The position numbers and the translations under genes were made by a program. The notes beneath the pieces were generated by a model. The model did not search any database, was not told the origin of the DNA, and saw only the letters and a program-made list of their open reading frames with translations. This document shows positions 1 to 12,693 of a stretch of 64,000 bases of DNA, in pieces (the first letter of the stretch is position 1; each line of letters begins with the position of its first letter). This DNA comes from Tubiluchus corallicola (lineage: Eukaryota > Animalia > Priapulida). The DNA lies in the NCBI GenBank assembly GCA_030141605.1, contig JAQGDQ010000721.1:1-64000 (forward strand), read 5' to 3'.

Positions 1-389
1 TAGATTAGATTGGTCATTTGAGAGACTCTGCGTATGTGGCGTGTATAAGATTAGTTCTGGGTGCACTAGAGACATGTAACCAGTCTCCTATTATTCTGCA
101 TAGTGTATTAATACCAATTGCCTTGGCTCACCTTTTGCTGCATTTTTTAATGATTTTGAATTTACACGTAAAATAGATCTATAGAGTTTTAAATTTACGG
201 TTTTGTTTAGAAAATCGTCATAGAAGTTAAGTAAATTTATAAAGTTGGTTAGTGGATATTTTCACTGATTTACTGAAAACAATTATTTTAGTTTTATCCA
301 TGTTCACTGTTAAGTTCCACTTCTTACAGTATGTAGACAGGTATCTTACAGATTGTGCAGGGATTTTACAAACAATGCAATTACTTTAC

Positions 390-790
390 AAAGATGCAAT
401 TATCCAAAAAAGAATGGAGTGGAAATTCTTTGATTAGCTCTGAATTCTGTCTAATGTTTAAAAACCTATGGAAATAAGTCGAATGATCTTGCAACTTATG
501 AAAGCAAATGCAATGTATAATGATTGTCTGCTCACTGAATTCAGTAAAGAGACCGAAAATATTAGACTTTGGCGAAGCATATGCGTGGTAAGAAAGCGCG
601 ATCTGCACGTTGCACGCCCCTGGTGAAAGAGGGAAAAGACATTTCATCCTCCATGTTCCTATAACAGGATAATAGGATGACAAGTGCACAAAAACAGCAA
701 CTAAAATGATGTCGTTCATGATAGTATTTCACGATGAGCTGCGTGATCCAATTTTTATGAAGTAGTATGATGGGATATATAGAGCTTGTT
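390..790 (+). pseudogene. Possible highly decayed HS6ST/Sulfotransfer_2-like relic
   Basis: Motif fragments in shifting frames, in HS6ST order: DAI-IQK (~393-410), KRP (~546-555), CTLHA-W (~604-623, cf. CGVHADW) and YFTM-LRDPI (~726-753, with a 2-nt insertion; cf. YITVLREPI). Spacing differs from the intact gene and there are many stops. Confidence 0.3.
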
Positions 791-799
791 TTTGCTGCT

Positions 800-1025
800 A
801 GGAATTTTTGGTACAGTGAAATTTTAGTACTAGGAAAATTGGGTACAGGGAAAATGTGGTACTGAAACGATTTAATACAGTACTGGTGTAGGTTGGCAAG
901 CATTTTTGGTACAAGTAAATCTGGTACAAGGCTAAAATGGTACGGAACAGGTTTGGCACTGGAACTGGAAAAGTTTAATTGGCACTAGGAAGATATGGTA
1001 CAGAGAAAATGTGGTACAAGGAAAA
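800..1025. repeat. Degenerate ~16-17 bp tandem repeat (ggtacaggaaaattt-like)
   Basis: Recurrent ggtac(a)-g(g)aaaa motifs; resembles subterminal repeats of non-autonomous DNA elements. Confidence 0.55.
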
Positions 1026-1829
1026 TATCTCTTTTAAAATCTACAAAATGATCGTACGGTTAAGATCATATTAGACATTATAAATGATCAGTCTTAAAGA
1101 CTTTTATAAGCAATCAGGGTTTAAACAACACAAGTAAGTTACCCCCGATAAACTGTGAATAACAATTGAAGGTCTGCCAAATACTGTATGTTCAATCTTC
1201 AACATCAATGCAATAGTAGCATTTGGCATTTTCTTGTAATAGCATAAAAGCCGTTAAATAAAAAAATTGGAAAATAATTACCTACGGACAGATAGCATTA
1301 TCATTAACTTGAAGGCTCAGCTCATGTCATCTACCTAGCTGGGAGAGATTTTTTCAGCGGCAAGTTTTCTTTGAGTTTTTTGTCTTGGAGAAAATGTGAC
1401 TGTTTCTAATCTTTCCAGGCATTATACGTCTGCAAAACTTTTATTCAAGGATAATGTTTTATCACTATAATGTCTCTGTGCTTTCGCTAGACAAATCTTA
1501 GTTGCAGAAATCATGTGTAGCTGGAGTAAATAAAAGTAATAATAATAATTCCCAATTGACCTTAACTCTCGCAGTATATTTCAATGCAATTTCTGCACGT
1601 GTTTGGGAGCCGCTTTTCTTGTACAGCTCAGATGAAGGAGGAGGGAAGACAAAGGGAGAACTAATTGAAGTGGTTGATTGATTGACGTATTAGATTTTGA
1701 CTTCAGACACTTTTCTGACTAATGTCCTTTTTAAACTTCACACTATGACTAGCGTCTACTGTTTTCATAACAACGGAACTAACTACAGCCGATTTCCTTG
1801 CCTAATACTATGTGAACGCAACGCCACGA

Positions 1830-2620
1830 CTACACCATTTGCATTTCAAATCAAGCCATAGTGAAATCAAACTGAGTCATAGTCTAATTAGATTGAGCCA
1901 TAATCAAGCCAAATAATGACAACTATAATTACCTTAATATGAAACACAATCACTTACTGATATTTACTTGTTTGTTTGTTTGCCTGTTTGTTTGTTTTTT
2001 ATTCTATCACTCATTCATTCTCTCCAAATGAAGAATTGGGCCATTATGATTAATATTGCAAATAAACGAATTTAAATGCTATGTAAAATTTTTTCATGTA
2101 ATTAAGAAAATCATATCAACTCCCACTGTTATAGGTCATGGAATGGCATATGCAATAAAGCGTTGTGCAACCTGTACAGTTGAAGTTAGAATTTGTTTTA
2201 TTTAAAAAAATCAATAAAATATTTACTGATTTTAGAGGGTTGTCACCTAAATGTAAACTGAAAAGCAATTACAGAAAACGTGTCTCAAATAAGTTACAAA
2301 TTTTAAAATAAATCATTAAAGTTTCATAAACGTAACCAACTACATATTGCACATTTGAACGACCTATACTGTTCGCCAGAAAAAGTTATTTAACTTATAG
2401 GATTAGGCTATTTAGAATTTCCCACACACAATTTAAATTCCCTAGCCCCGTCCTTTACCTAACCTTAATCTTAACCCTGATCCTAATCCTAACCCTAACT
2501 CTAATCCTAACCCTGATCCTAATCCTAAACCTAACTTGTTGTGTGTGGAAATTGTAAACTTTAACCGATTATTTTGTATAAAATTAACCATAAATAAAAT
2601 AAATTCTAGTCCAACTCAGT
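1830..2620 (+). repeat. Interspersed repeat copy A (homologous to 4120-4730)
   Basis: Shared blocks in the same order in both copies: tacaccattt.catttcaa, aaatcaaactgag(t)catagtctaat, a gttt microsatellite and atcattaaagtttcataaa. Confidence 0.7.
2458..2535. repeat. Interstitial degenerate telomere-like (CCCTAA)n tract
   Basis: About 13 hexamers (cctaac/cctaat/cctgat variants), flanked by an imperfect inverted repeat at 2411-2431 and 2539-2557. Confidence 0.75.
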
Positions 2621-2931
2621 TATCCTGATGAAAAAATCATTCATTTTAAAAATAGTTCTTGAAATTTGCAAAGAAAAATCGAAAAATCTTGCAAAAAATA
2701 CGATGTTGACGTAGATGTATTCAACACCTTTTGACATAAAAGGACCTAACTCTTTGAACACTATTTCACACTGACCATTTTGTTAAGATAGGCATTAACT
2801 CCTCGCTAACCAGGCCTCAGCTTATAGATGAACCAGCGTGTCGAATTTCTACGAACATTTTGGCATTTCTGTCGTTTGTCTAGTTCTGTTAAAAAAATTC
2901 TCAAATAATTTTTAAATTTATTTTGTTAAAG

Positions 2932-3371
2932 GTACTACTACATAACTGTTTTACGGGAGCCAATTCAACGGTTTCTCAGCGAGTATGCAAACGTAGTACG
3001 TGGTGCCACCTGGCCAAGGTCACTTCATAAATGTAATGGACGTCGTCCCACGCCCAACGAGATTCCAGTGTGCTGGAAAGGGTCTTCTTGGAAAGGAGTC
3101 TCCTTAGATGAGTTTCTAAACTGTGAATCAAATCTAGCCCGAAATCGACAAACGAGAATGCTCAGTGATTTGACTCTAGTGGGATGTTATAATAAATCTG
3201 CCATGTCCAAAAAAGACAGAGATATGATAATGTTACAGAGTGCTAACAACAGTCGAACAAGTCAAACAACAAAACAAGCTTGATATTCCGTTATATGAAT
3301 TTGCAAAACAGCTGTTTATGAAAAGATTTGATCAAATTAAAAGCATGTGCTTGGTGACAGGCAAACAGTAA
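2932..3371 (+). pseudogene. HS6ST: Heparan sulfate 6-O-sulfotransferase exon-2 paralog with internal deletion and frameshift
   Basis: Acceptor ttgttaaag| then YYYITVLREPIQRFLSEY...MLQSA, near identical to the reverse complement of 48710-49021. At 3245-3254, 10 nt replace 165 nt (net -155, frameshift). The tail EQVKQQNKLDIPLYEFAKQLFMKRFDQIK...* follows in another frame. Confidence 0.92.
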
Positions 3372-3479
3372 TATAATACTCAAAAATGTTTACAAAAAAG
3401 GCAAGCATTTGGCAACTGTCAGTAATTCTATAAAATTTTTAAATAAAAGTTATTCTCCAAACATAGATATTACTGAGCC

Positions 3480-4060
3480 TCTTCTTAATAAAATATTCTA
3501 ACGCCTGACATTGCCCTTTATTCTCCCTCCTTTTTCGATAATTTGAGTCGTTTTAGTTGTTTTGCCAGATTGCCAAATTTTTCAGTGAGAGGTCAGTAAC
3601 AACCCAGAGCTTTACAAGATCCAGAAGTTTCAATATCTGAAAGGGAATTTGATTGATGCAGTTTCTTAGACTATACAAGGATGCGCTGATAGTGCAAGGA
3701 TTTATCCTACCCTGATTTTCTCCATAAAGAAACGTTTTGGCAACAAGCAAATTATTTATGATCGACATTTAAAAGAACAGTACTTTGTAAAGCTTCTTTA
3801 CAATTATGCAAGTTTCTTGATAATATGGAGTCCCATTTTTGCAGTTTTGAAGCAGCTAGTCAAATATTTGATTTATGCATTTTGATACGATCTGTTGTCA
3901 AAGTTTCCGTGATCTGTTGTCAGTGCTCCACATATTAATTTTGATTTTCCAAAACCTGGTTCATCAAGGAGATGTTAGTAAAGTTACGGAAACACTTCGC
4001 CACCATGAAAGTGATTTTCGAGAAGTGTTGTACCCGCAGCCCAAGGCTCAGTCTCGCAGC
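3480..4060 (+). mobile_element. Very decayed LINE reverse transcriptase fragment
   Basis: Remnants resembling 'SLxLCKxL' (~3795), 'FDFxK' (~3940) and 'VP..QGSV' (~4030-4053) in RT order; no open frame. Confidence 0.35.
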
Positions 4061-4119
4061 ATAGGAACCATGAGGGCCTGTTGGTAGCAGTAGAGTTTGC
4101 CCTGCTTTTCTATATACCA

Positions 4120-4730
4120 ATACACCATTTCCATTTCAAGCCATTGTTGAGCCACAGTCAAGTCAAGTCAAGCCAAATCAAACTGAGCATAGTCTAATCA
4201 TATTGAGCCATATCATAGGCATGTCAAGTTGAGCCATAGGTAAATCAAGATGAGTCATAGACAAGTCAAGTTAAGCCATAATCAAGTGAAAATAATGATT
4301 TTACAATCAGCTCGAAATGAAATGCAATCTTTCATCGTGATCTGCCTGTTTGTTTATTTGTTTGTTGCTAATCATTAGTTCACACACTCATGTTCCGGAA
4401 ATAAAAACCTTTAAGATAGATGTTTCAAATGAATGAATTTTAGACCTATAAAGATATAAAGTGAAAGTAAGTGTTGTAGTCTTGGAATAGCACATTCGGT
4501 AAAACTCGGAGCAACATCTACAGTTCAATCCAAAGATTGCTTTACTTAACAGAAAGTTAGAGCTTTGTTCTAATAACAAAAAAACCGATCAAGTTGTGCT
4601 GAATCATTAAAGTTTCATAAAACATAACCAAATATTAATTAGGCTAATTTCATATCAAAAGTAATTGTCACATTTAATTGCAGATCATAAAAGCTATGTT
4701 ATAACAACTTAGTTCAACTCTGCCGCTATC
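4120..4730 (+). repeat. Interspersed repeat copy B (homologous to 1830-2620)
   Basis: Same motif blocks as copy A, with internal gtcaa/gagccata micro-repeats. Confidence 0.7.
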
Positions 4731-5482
4731 ATTTCGTTTCTAATATCGCTAACTAGTTTATTCTGGTTCCTGCAACCTTGGAGGCGCTCAGACTGAAATT
4801 TTACATAAGGTTAACCTTAAATCATTTATAACTATTAATTTGGGTCTTCCAACTGAAGTTATAAATTTTATGGCCACCTCTGTACAGTGACCATTTAACG
4901 CTTGCGATCTGATAATTTAATTTTGCCTTTTTTAAGTACTTATGTGCTAGTTTGAATGCGTTATATACATAATGGTTAAACACTCATAGAGTGAATGTAT
5001 AACTAGTGCATTGGGCATCGGGCTTAATTTGATAGTCATGCGCTAATCGGTGCTTTAATTATGCGTTTGGTTGTCTATCTGTGCATTGCCTAGTGTGACA
5101 TATTTAATTTGAAATGTGCTGAAATAACAAGTAATAAAGTGTAAAAAGAAGAGCACTGTACCGCTTTGAAGTTCGAGACAATTACGTTCACTTAGCTATT
5201 AGTGAAACTGGCCCCAATTGTCGTACGAGAGGTGTCCTAAGCTTTGTACCTGAATCTAGGACCAACTAATAATAATGCAGCACTCCCGGCATGTTCCTTA
5301 CGCCATTTGATCGTTGGAATCCATATGTCGAGCCACAGTCATTAACGTGCGAGCGTTGAATGCCAAATTCCGCTCGATCTGGACAAATTACGTTCAGTTC
5401 TCTGAGAAAAATAGGAAAAGAATTCAACGTGTTTACACCAAAAAATAATTTTGCCTTTTTTCTGACAGTTATTTACAAAAAA

Positions 5483-5646
5483 ATGGTGAAGCAAAAACCA
5501 AGGAAATATTTGATGGCAAGGTGTATAGTGTTTCTGTTGCCTATATTTTTAACAATTTTGCTGGCAAGAACAATGATTTTTTACCATCCAAGTGCAAAAC
5601 TTAGCTTTTCAAATCAAACTCGGACAAATAGAGTACTTTCAGTACG
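5483..5646 (+). CDS. Putative first coding exon of a type II Golgi membrane protein (candidate 5' end of the NDST-like locus)
   Basis: Acceptor ttttctgacag| at 5468, ATG at 5483, basic N-terminus (MVKQKPRK), hydrophobic segment (CIVFLLPIFLTILLA), N-glycosylation sequon NQT, donor cg|gtaaag at 5647. The link to the NDST exon is inference. Confidence 0.45.
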
Positions 5647-7995
5647 GTAAAGTTTGGTGTAGCACTGTATTAAGTTAGTATGAATACTAACCTGGTCAGA
5701 CACTTGCATTCCAAGAAGCTTATATTCCCTTATTGACGAAGTTTCTAGGTACTACTTTTTATTCTTTAGCGGTTACTTTGTGTTAAATAAATAGTATATT
5801 CACTTCGTTTAAATAATTTATTTGTTTCCCAAATATTTGTAACAACCGCCATATTGCGATACCAGCGCCGCCTATATTTATATAATAGCAGTAATACAGC
5901 AATGTTCGGTAAATGTCTTTCGGAAAATAAGTAATATTTTTATGCCTTAATCAAACAACAATAAGCCTCATATAATTGTTGGTAAAAGGAAAAGTATTGC
6001 CTTAAGAGTATGGTGCGGAAAAAATTTACAGTCGTTTTGATTTCATCCACATGAGGTTCTGTTATGAATTTATTTTGAAATGAGAAATTAATTAATAAAG
6101 TATTCTGAATTAAATTAATTATAACAGATTAGATCTTGAAGGAAGATTATACCGTTCAACCATAATGACTCTCTCAGCTTGTACCTTGTGTACAGGTACA
6201 TTGAGTACAATGCGTAAAGGATCAGAGGTTGATAGATCATGAAGATTTGATATATTAAATAAAAATTCAGTAGTCATGTAACGACAGATGATCTCTGATA
6301 TTCAAAATAAATAGCAACATGTACGTAAGTACTATTGTGCTGGACATTATGAGTTTCAAAGTATTCGGAACCTGTTACTCTTTTACTCATGCTCATAAGT
6401 GAAGGAGTCTCTGAAAGTCCAATATTGCATCCATATTTGGAGTGCTTGATGACCTGGTAATTGCGTCTTGCTTTAGTGAGTTTCTATTTTGCTTCTATTT
6501 TGCTGAACAGTGACCCATACACCTCATCGACGCATCTCACCTCATATACTACAATATACTATACTACCTCAATAATTGCAGGAGGAAATAGAGCCTAACA
6601 AAAGCAAAATGAAGAGCTACACATTTTGCCTTGATTCTGATAATACACCACAGCACTTAGAAGGGCGTTAACTTATTAACTATGCAAAATGATGATAGGA
6701 ATATGATAAGTAATGAGTAATCATACTTATCAGTGCATCGTCTCCTTTCTTTTCCTGTTCTGTCCCTTAATGACAACAACTTCCAGTGAAGACCCAGAAA
6801 GAAGGAGAAATTATGAAAATACTTTCGAATTCTTTCTTGGGTATCTATCAGTGACTGAAAGTAAAATGATCATCACCATTTACAGTCGCTTTACCCTATC
6901 GTCGTATTCTTATGCTTATGTGCAATTTGAGAGAGCTTGTCGTTTTTTAATCGTCTGATAACGTTGTTATTTTCATGGCACTACTGCAGTTGCTTCGCTT
7001 TCCCTCAATTAAGTAATTAGAGTAGCATGTTGAACACCCGGCAAGCAGTCACACTTCATTGTCTGCCACCAGGTTGTTGTATCTGCATGATGTGTTTAAG
7101 TGAAGGAGTTATTGTTAGAAGGATAATAACTTTACTGCTCTAGATAGGTATGCTGAGCTTTTCACGAAAAACCTAGTATAATTCAATTTTTGGGCAAAAC
7201 TAAATTATTGATATAAGGGCACACTGAGTAACATATTGCATCTTAGCACCCTTTTAGGTGAGATATTAGCAAATAAAAAACCTAGTAACTCCATTTTTAG
7301 ATGGTATGCTAAACATAAAGTATGCTATTCAATAGTTTACATGTAGTGTAATAATATCTGTGACCTCCTAATCCCAGCAGTTTCGTCTTGTCCTGCATGG
7401 GATGAGATGTTAAGCATTATGTTTATTGGTAACTCTATCTCACCAATTGGTATCTCTATCGCACGGAGGAACCTAATAAATCCAGCTTTTTGAAAATAAG
7501 CAACATATAGTGGAGACCATTTTTCTAGTTGCAATCTAGAAAATCCATAATTTAAAACAAATTTTAAATATTAATATATTTCTTTTGCAGAATAAGACAA
7601 TACCTTTTAACATATAATTATTCCATGTTTTAAGGTAATCCTTTCCCAGTTTTTGGCAAGTGAAAACAGTTTTTCTCAAAATTAGCTGAAATTTGTTTGA
7701 TAAGTTTTTACCAGAAAATGGGAGCAGAAAACGGGAGTCTTGTTCTTTTAGATCTGCATTTTTCATAAGGCTGTGATGAAAAGTTAAGTTCGGGTTTACT
7801 GGAAAACATACACTATTTGCTGGGTTTGTCAACAGATGCGTTGCTTGCTGCTATGCACAAGTAAAGATGCTATTATACTGTGATGATGAGATAGCTTAGT
7901 ATGGGTCTTGAAAACTTTGTTTTCTAAATTTAAGGTGAAAATGAATTATCAAAATATGAGAACCAGTATTTTTCTTTGTGGCAACAACTTTGAAC

Positions 7996-9004
7996 TGTCG
8001 TTGTATATTCTATATTACACGATTTAGTTCATTAGTCCACACGCTTTGAGACAATTAATTTGTGGTCGATTAATTGCGCGACTCCGAGAGCTTATTTTAG
8101 ATCGATAGGGCAATGATAATTTCCCACACGACCTTGAACCACGAAATACGCGTTGTGAAATAGATCTTTATCTCTCGAGTTATCAAGCTGGCTTCCGCAA
8201 CAAGCCTTTTCAATGTTAATACTCTAGGTTCATGAAGCAGATAGCGTCTTTACGAGAATGCACTTATGATTACTTCAGATTCAGCAAAGCAATTCAACAA
8301 AGCAGTAATAGTGATGATAACATTTATTGAACAATTACCAAAACAGTCAACAAAAGATTACGGTTCGTCAACTTTTACAAATATTTAACTTATGCGCTTA
8401 TGGGCGCTCACAACTAGAAGAGGTATATCGCAAATGATATACCGAGTAATATTCAAAGTACTAAACTGTTACGCTCAAACTTCTTGTACACAAAATGCAA
8501 GTTACTACAATTAGTGTGATCCGTTATCGAAACTAAGATAATCGTAAGATTGCTTAACTTGTGGCCAGGCCAATCTAACGACTATAATTGGCCAGATCCA
8601 CATTTCTAGTAGTATCTCTAAGCATCAGAGGTTTGATAGACAAACGACGTAGAATTCTTATCCAGGCTGAGCTGTAGAAATATCTCTTCTCCAAGAACGT
8701 CTCTCCGATAGACGTCGCAGTTCTCCTCCGCTCCTTGTGTTCAGCAACCCAATCATCAACAACCACCAAAATCCTCTCTGCACTCTCTTTTGAATCGAAG
8801 GTCACTTGACATGACATTTGTCAGTGACATGTTAAGAGCTACATGGCTGATCATCCAGATGGTGCCCATTGATTCTGATGGTACCTATTGATTCTGAGAG
8901 GACAGCCACTTATTGTATTTGCTCTGATGGCATATAACCACCGTCTTTAGGCTAATTATTAACTGAATGACGACAATCGTCCACCACGATTTTGGCTTAT
9001 AACA
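7996..9004. mobile_element. LTR-like non-coding repeat, copy 1 (most diverged)
   Basis: Shares taattgc..gagctt..gcaatgat..cccaca..cgcgttgtga..ccgcaa blocks with 16860-17020; starts TGT and ends ATAACA; no TSD found. Confidence 0.45.
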
Positions 9005-10639
9005 ATAGCTCTTTTGACCGTTGGCAATTCTAATTCGAAAGTTTGAGCACTGTCATACCAGTGCCTATCTGGCTACTGTGGGATCATTTAAATTTGTTAA
9101 TACTAAACAGAAGCTGTTACCTAGAGCATCTCGTGTCACGGAAGCAGAATCTTACCACAGTTCAACAACGGTGGCTGGCCTTTATCTTTATTAAGACTCT
9201 GCTTCTCAGTATCCAGCAGGGTTGTCCAAATGGGCAAAATGTTAGGTGGTCACTGGACACACAAACATGCACATGAGCTGACAAGAGACGCTCTGGAACA
9301 AGAAATGAGAAAAATGCAGCTTTTGCAAAGGTGAAAAAATTGTAAAACTGGTTTTGCCATCTCTGCTAGAAGTGCCTGTATAGTTGTTGCATAGTAATTA
9401 ACATCGCGCCGGGATTTTCTGGTAGCAAAAAAGACGAAGACAAAGACATCATTTATTGACCATCGTTTATCTTAAATAAGAAAACCAGACCCCACAAACA
9501 CAATTTCACTCGTTACCTGGGTTTCGCTAGTTAGCTGGGCGTTAGCACCTACACCTCAGGAATGAGTTGCATAAAAATAAATACTGCACCTCCCATTTCA
9601 GATGTATTCAGTTGGGACGTAGCGCACACGTTCGAGAGCTCATGCATGAACACAGCGAAAAAAATTGAAACTTGAATTCTCAGCAAATTTTAACATTAAA
9701 ATTCTGCACAGGAATTGTTTTGACTGTTGTACTTCAATTTTCACTTATTCAAACACGTACAACAAGCTCATGGAATATTTGTGCTGTTAAGAATTAGGTT
9801 CAGTTGTGATGCCATCACTAATTGAGCTCACTACCGTTAGTGAAGGTCTTAAGAAATGCTGTGGCATTATTACAGATGTTGTGATGTATACCTTTTAGCA
9901 CACCAGTAAGGTAAGAACGCAACACACAAATAACAAATAACATGTAGGTTATATGCACTGGCTTTGGCAGCAGCTAGATCCAAACTCCAGAGTGCGTAGT
10001 TGGTTGCAGACTCTAGGCCACATAGATAGATAGCAAAGTAATGAAAATGATTTGTCTAATTGTGAAAAGTAAATGACATTTCTCATAGTTACTCAGTTTT
10101 TAATTTCAATTCAATATTATGCTAATGCAATAGTTAATATTATTTTTAATTATGTTTAGCATAACAACATCAGTGTCCAAACCCTGATGCTCTGTGGCTC
10201 CTTATCATTCAGGGGTGTATCTAGTGCATGAACCGTTGTACGAAGTCTGCAAAAAGGTACCATCTTAAATATGCAAGCATATAAAGTTGTGAATATTGAG
10301 TATCATATTATAAGCCTATATATTACACATATAACATCTTTTGTACATAACTTTCTTACATAACATACACTCGCACTAAAGTATGTTTATGTGTACACTG
10401 TACAAATACGGCATAACAAAACCACTAAAAAGCAAACATTCGTTAATTGTAGAAGCACTAGAATGTAACAGTGAAGTTTGTGGCCAACACTTCTTATTGA
10501 ATGATCTGCATAAACTTATTAGCCTTCGCTGACACTGGTGTCCTTTTTGCACGTGTCTAGTTTCGAAATTGAAAATTATTGTCATCAGTGTTACCAAGAA
10601 GTTTTCCGAAAAAGTCTCTGAAAATGAATTAAAACCACC

Positions 10640-11345
10640 AAGTGTTGAGTCATATCGTTTGACTCCAGCGTGGAACAGTTCGTTTGACTCAGCAGATCGA
10701 CTGGGCACTGGATCGACGAAAGTCTCACAATGCCATTGGAGTTGGCCAAGTGTACGAGAGCTGCATTGTGGTCATTCCACCGAGTTAAGTAATCTTAACG
10801 CATTTGTAACTGAGAGTAACTCTGCATAACTGTAGTTCACATTGTATTAAGCACCTTAAGTGCAGCATACTGAATAACTGTTAAGTGAATTGCTTGAGTA
10901 TCTTTTTGGAGCTATACATTAGTTGTAAACGCCTACAAGCGTGTAAGGTCAAATCTTGTGCAGCTACCTAGATAGAAGTAAATTCGGTAAACCAATAAAG
11001 CTGATTCACTTTGAGTTCATGTATGCTTTAGAGTGTTCAAAGTTAAGCAACACTAAATCCGAGATACCAACTGGAGAGATTCGCATTGCATTAATTAACT
11101 GAAGCTCAATTGCGGGAGCGAAGCTCGATAGCTTGAGAGAAGAAGACCTTACTCACAACGCGAGGTCGAAGTGTCAGTCTTGAGGGAGAAAATTATTGCC
11201 CGATAGACTCATCTAAAGCCCTAGGAGCCGGTTGATGAATCACCTTGTAGCAATTAATTAAATAGAAAGCGAATCGATTAAATTATTATACAATCTATAT
11301 AGATAACAAATCACTTAAATACTATACGATCAGAAAATAAGAAGT
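10640..11345 (-). mobile_element. LTR-like non-coding repeat, copy 2 (inverted relative to copies 1 and 3)
   Basis: The reverse complement aligns collinearly with ~16800-17530 (cgcgttgtga, cccgcaattga, gcacttaaggtgct, acttaact.ggtggaatgacca, ccagtgc, tccacgctgg). Confidence 0.7.
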
Positions 11346-11468
11346 GATATAAGTGGAGGTTGTTGTTTGTGCTTTTATTTGCGTTATTAAAACCAACTTC
11401 AGCTAGACCTGAGTGGTCTATTAAATGTTTAGTTTAACCTGACTAAACGTATTTTTATAAATTTGCAG

Positions 11469-11692
11469 AATCCGTGTATTGAAAAGGAGCATCAATCTTT
11501 TTGGAATAAAAACGTTTCTTGTAGAAGATTGCCAAATTTCCTAATCATTGGACCTACTAAAACAGGAATCGTGGCTCTTTACACATTCCTTAAATTGCAT
11601 CCTCGAATTCTTAGTAATTTTAAAAAATGAAGAAGTTCAGTTTTTAGTGCCTACAAGCCGAAAGAGGATAACTACAACAAAGGATTAATCTG
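11469..11692 (+). pseudogene. NDST: NDST-like N-sulfotransferase domain exon, disrupted
   Basis: tttgcag| NPCIEKEHQSFWNKNVSCRRLPNFLIIGPTKTGIVALYTFLKLHPRILSNF..EEVQF..DNYNKGLIW |gtacgt matches the NDST pattern NPC..H..IWS..KTC.R.PK.LIIGPQKTGTTALY.FL.MHP..SN..FEE.QFF..NY.KG.DW. In-frame TGA at 11628 lies between two homopolymer indels. Confidence 0.85.
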
Positions 11693-12651
11693 GTACGTTT
11701 CTTCTTTTTTAAAGGCTGGCTGAAGCAACGCCTTTGTTTTTTGTAATGCAGATTATTAGCGCCAGAAATTATGTAAATAACCAAACCCTGGAAAAGAATT
11801 TTACGTATTAACCTATAACAACAACACACCACATCACCCACACCATATCACATTTCACCCAATGCACCACACCAACACCAACACCATGCACACCACAGCA
11901 TCCAATATGTTACACCAAATATGTCCGTGTACGGACAATATGTACGGATAAAAAAAATCTTTTTTTAACACTAACTAAATTATTTATTGTATTAATTATT
12001 TACACTAAGTCTCCACTCTGCTGTAAAAAAAAATTTAAAGGAATAAAAGGTTATTAATAATTAGTGTAAGATAGGCAAACTCTGCACCATTTATTCTTTA
12101 AATATCATTTAGTAGAAACAATAAAGAGCAATGCTTTAACAGACAAATAACTAACATTAGATATGAATCATATTATAGCCGAATGCAACACAGCCGTTTT
12201 AAAAGCATTTATTAATTTAGCAAAGAGTGAATTTCTAGCTAGTCCAACGCAAAACTTCTACAAATTATTTTGATAAAATAAGCAGAATGAGAAAACCTAA
12301 TTGTTATGCTGTATGTAAGTAAACCCAACTATTATTATCAACTATTTTTTGGGTGTACGTTAGCTACCCTCATGAAGAATCTATACAGCTACAAACATAC
12401 TTATTAGCATAATTATAATACGTACGTCTTTGTATATCACCACATGTTAATAGTACGTGATCTAAGTGAGTACGTGTTCTAAAATTTGTTAAGTAAAAGT
12501 AGTCAAATTTATTTGTTAAAGGAAAAGACTGTAAATATAACCTACATGTACGTGTAAAATAAACTGCTTATTCAACTGTATATAGCGCTAGGTATCTTTG
12601 TCCACAAATAGAAGCAGTACCTGTGTACCTGCATTTCTGTGCTAAGGTCTT

Positions 12652-12654
<3 letters not shown>

Positions 12655-12692
<38 letters not shown>
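12655..12692. repeat. (AAT)n microsatellite
   Basis: Direct reading. Confidence 0.95.
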
Positions 12693-12693
<1 letters not shown>

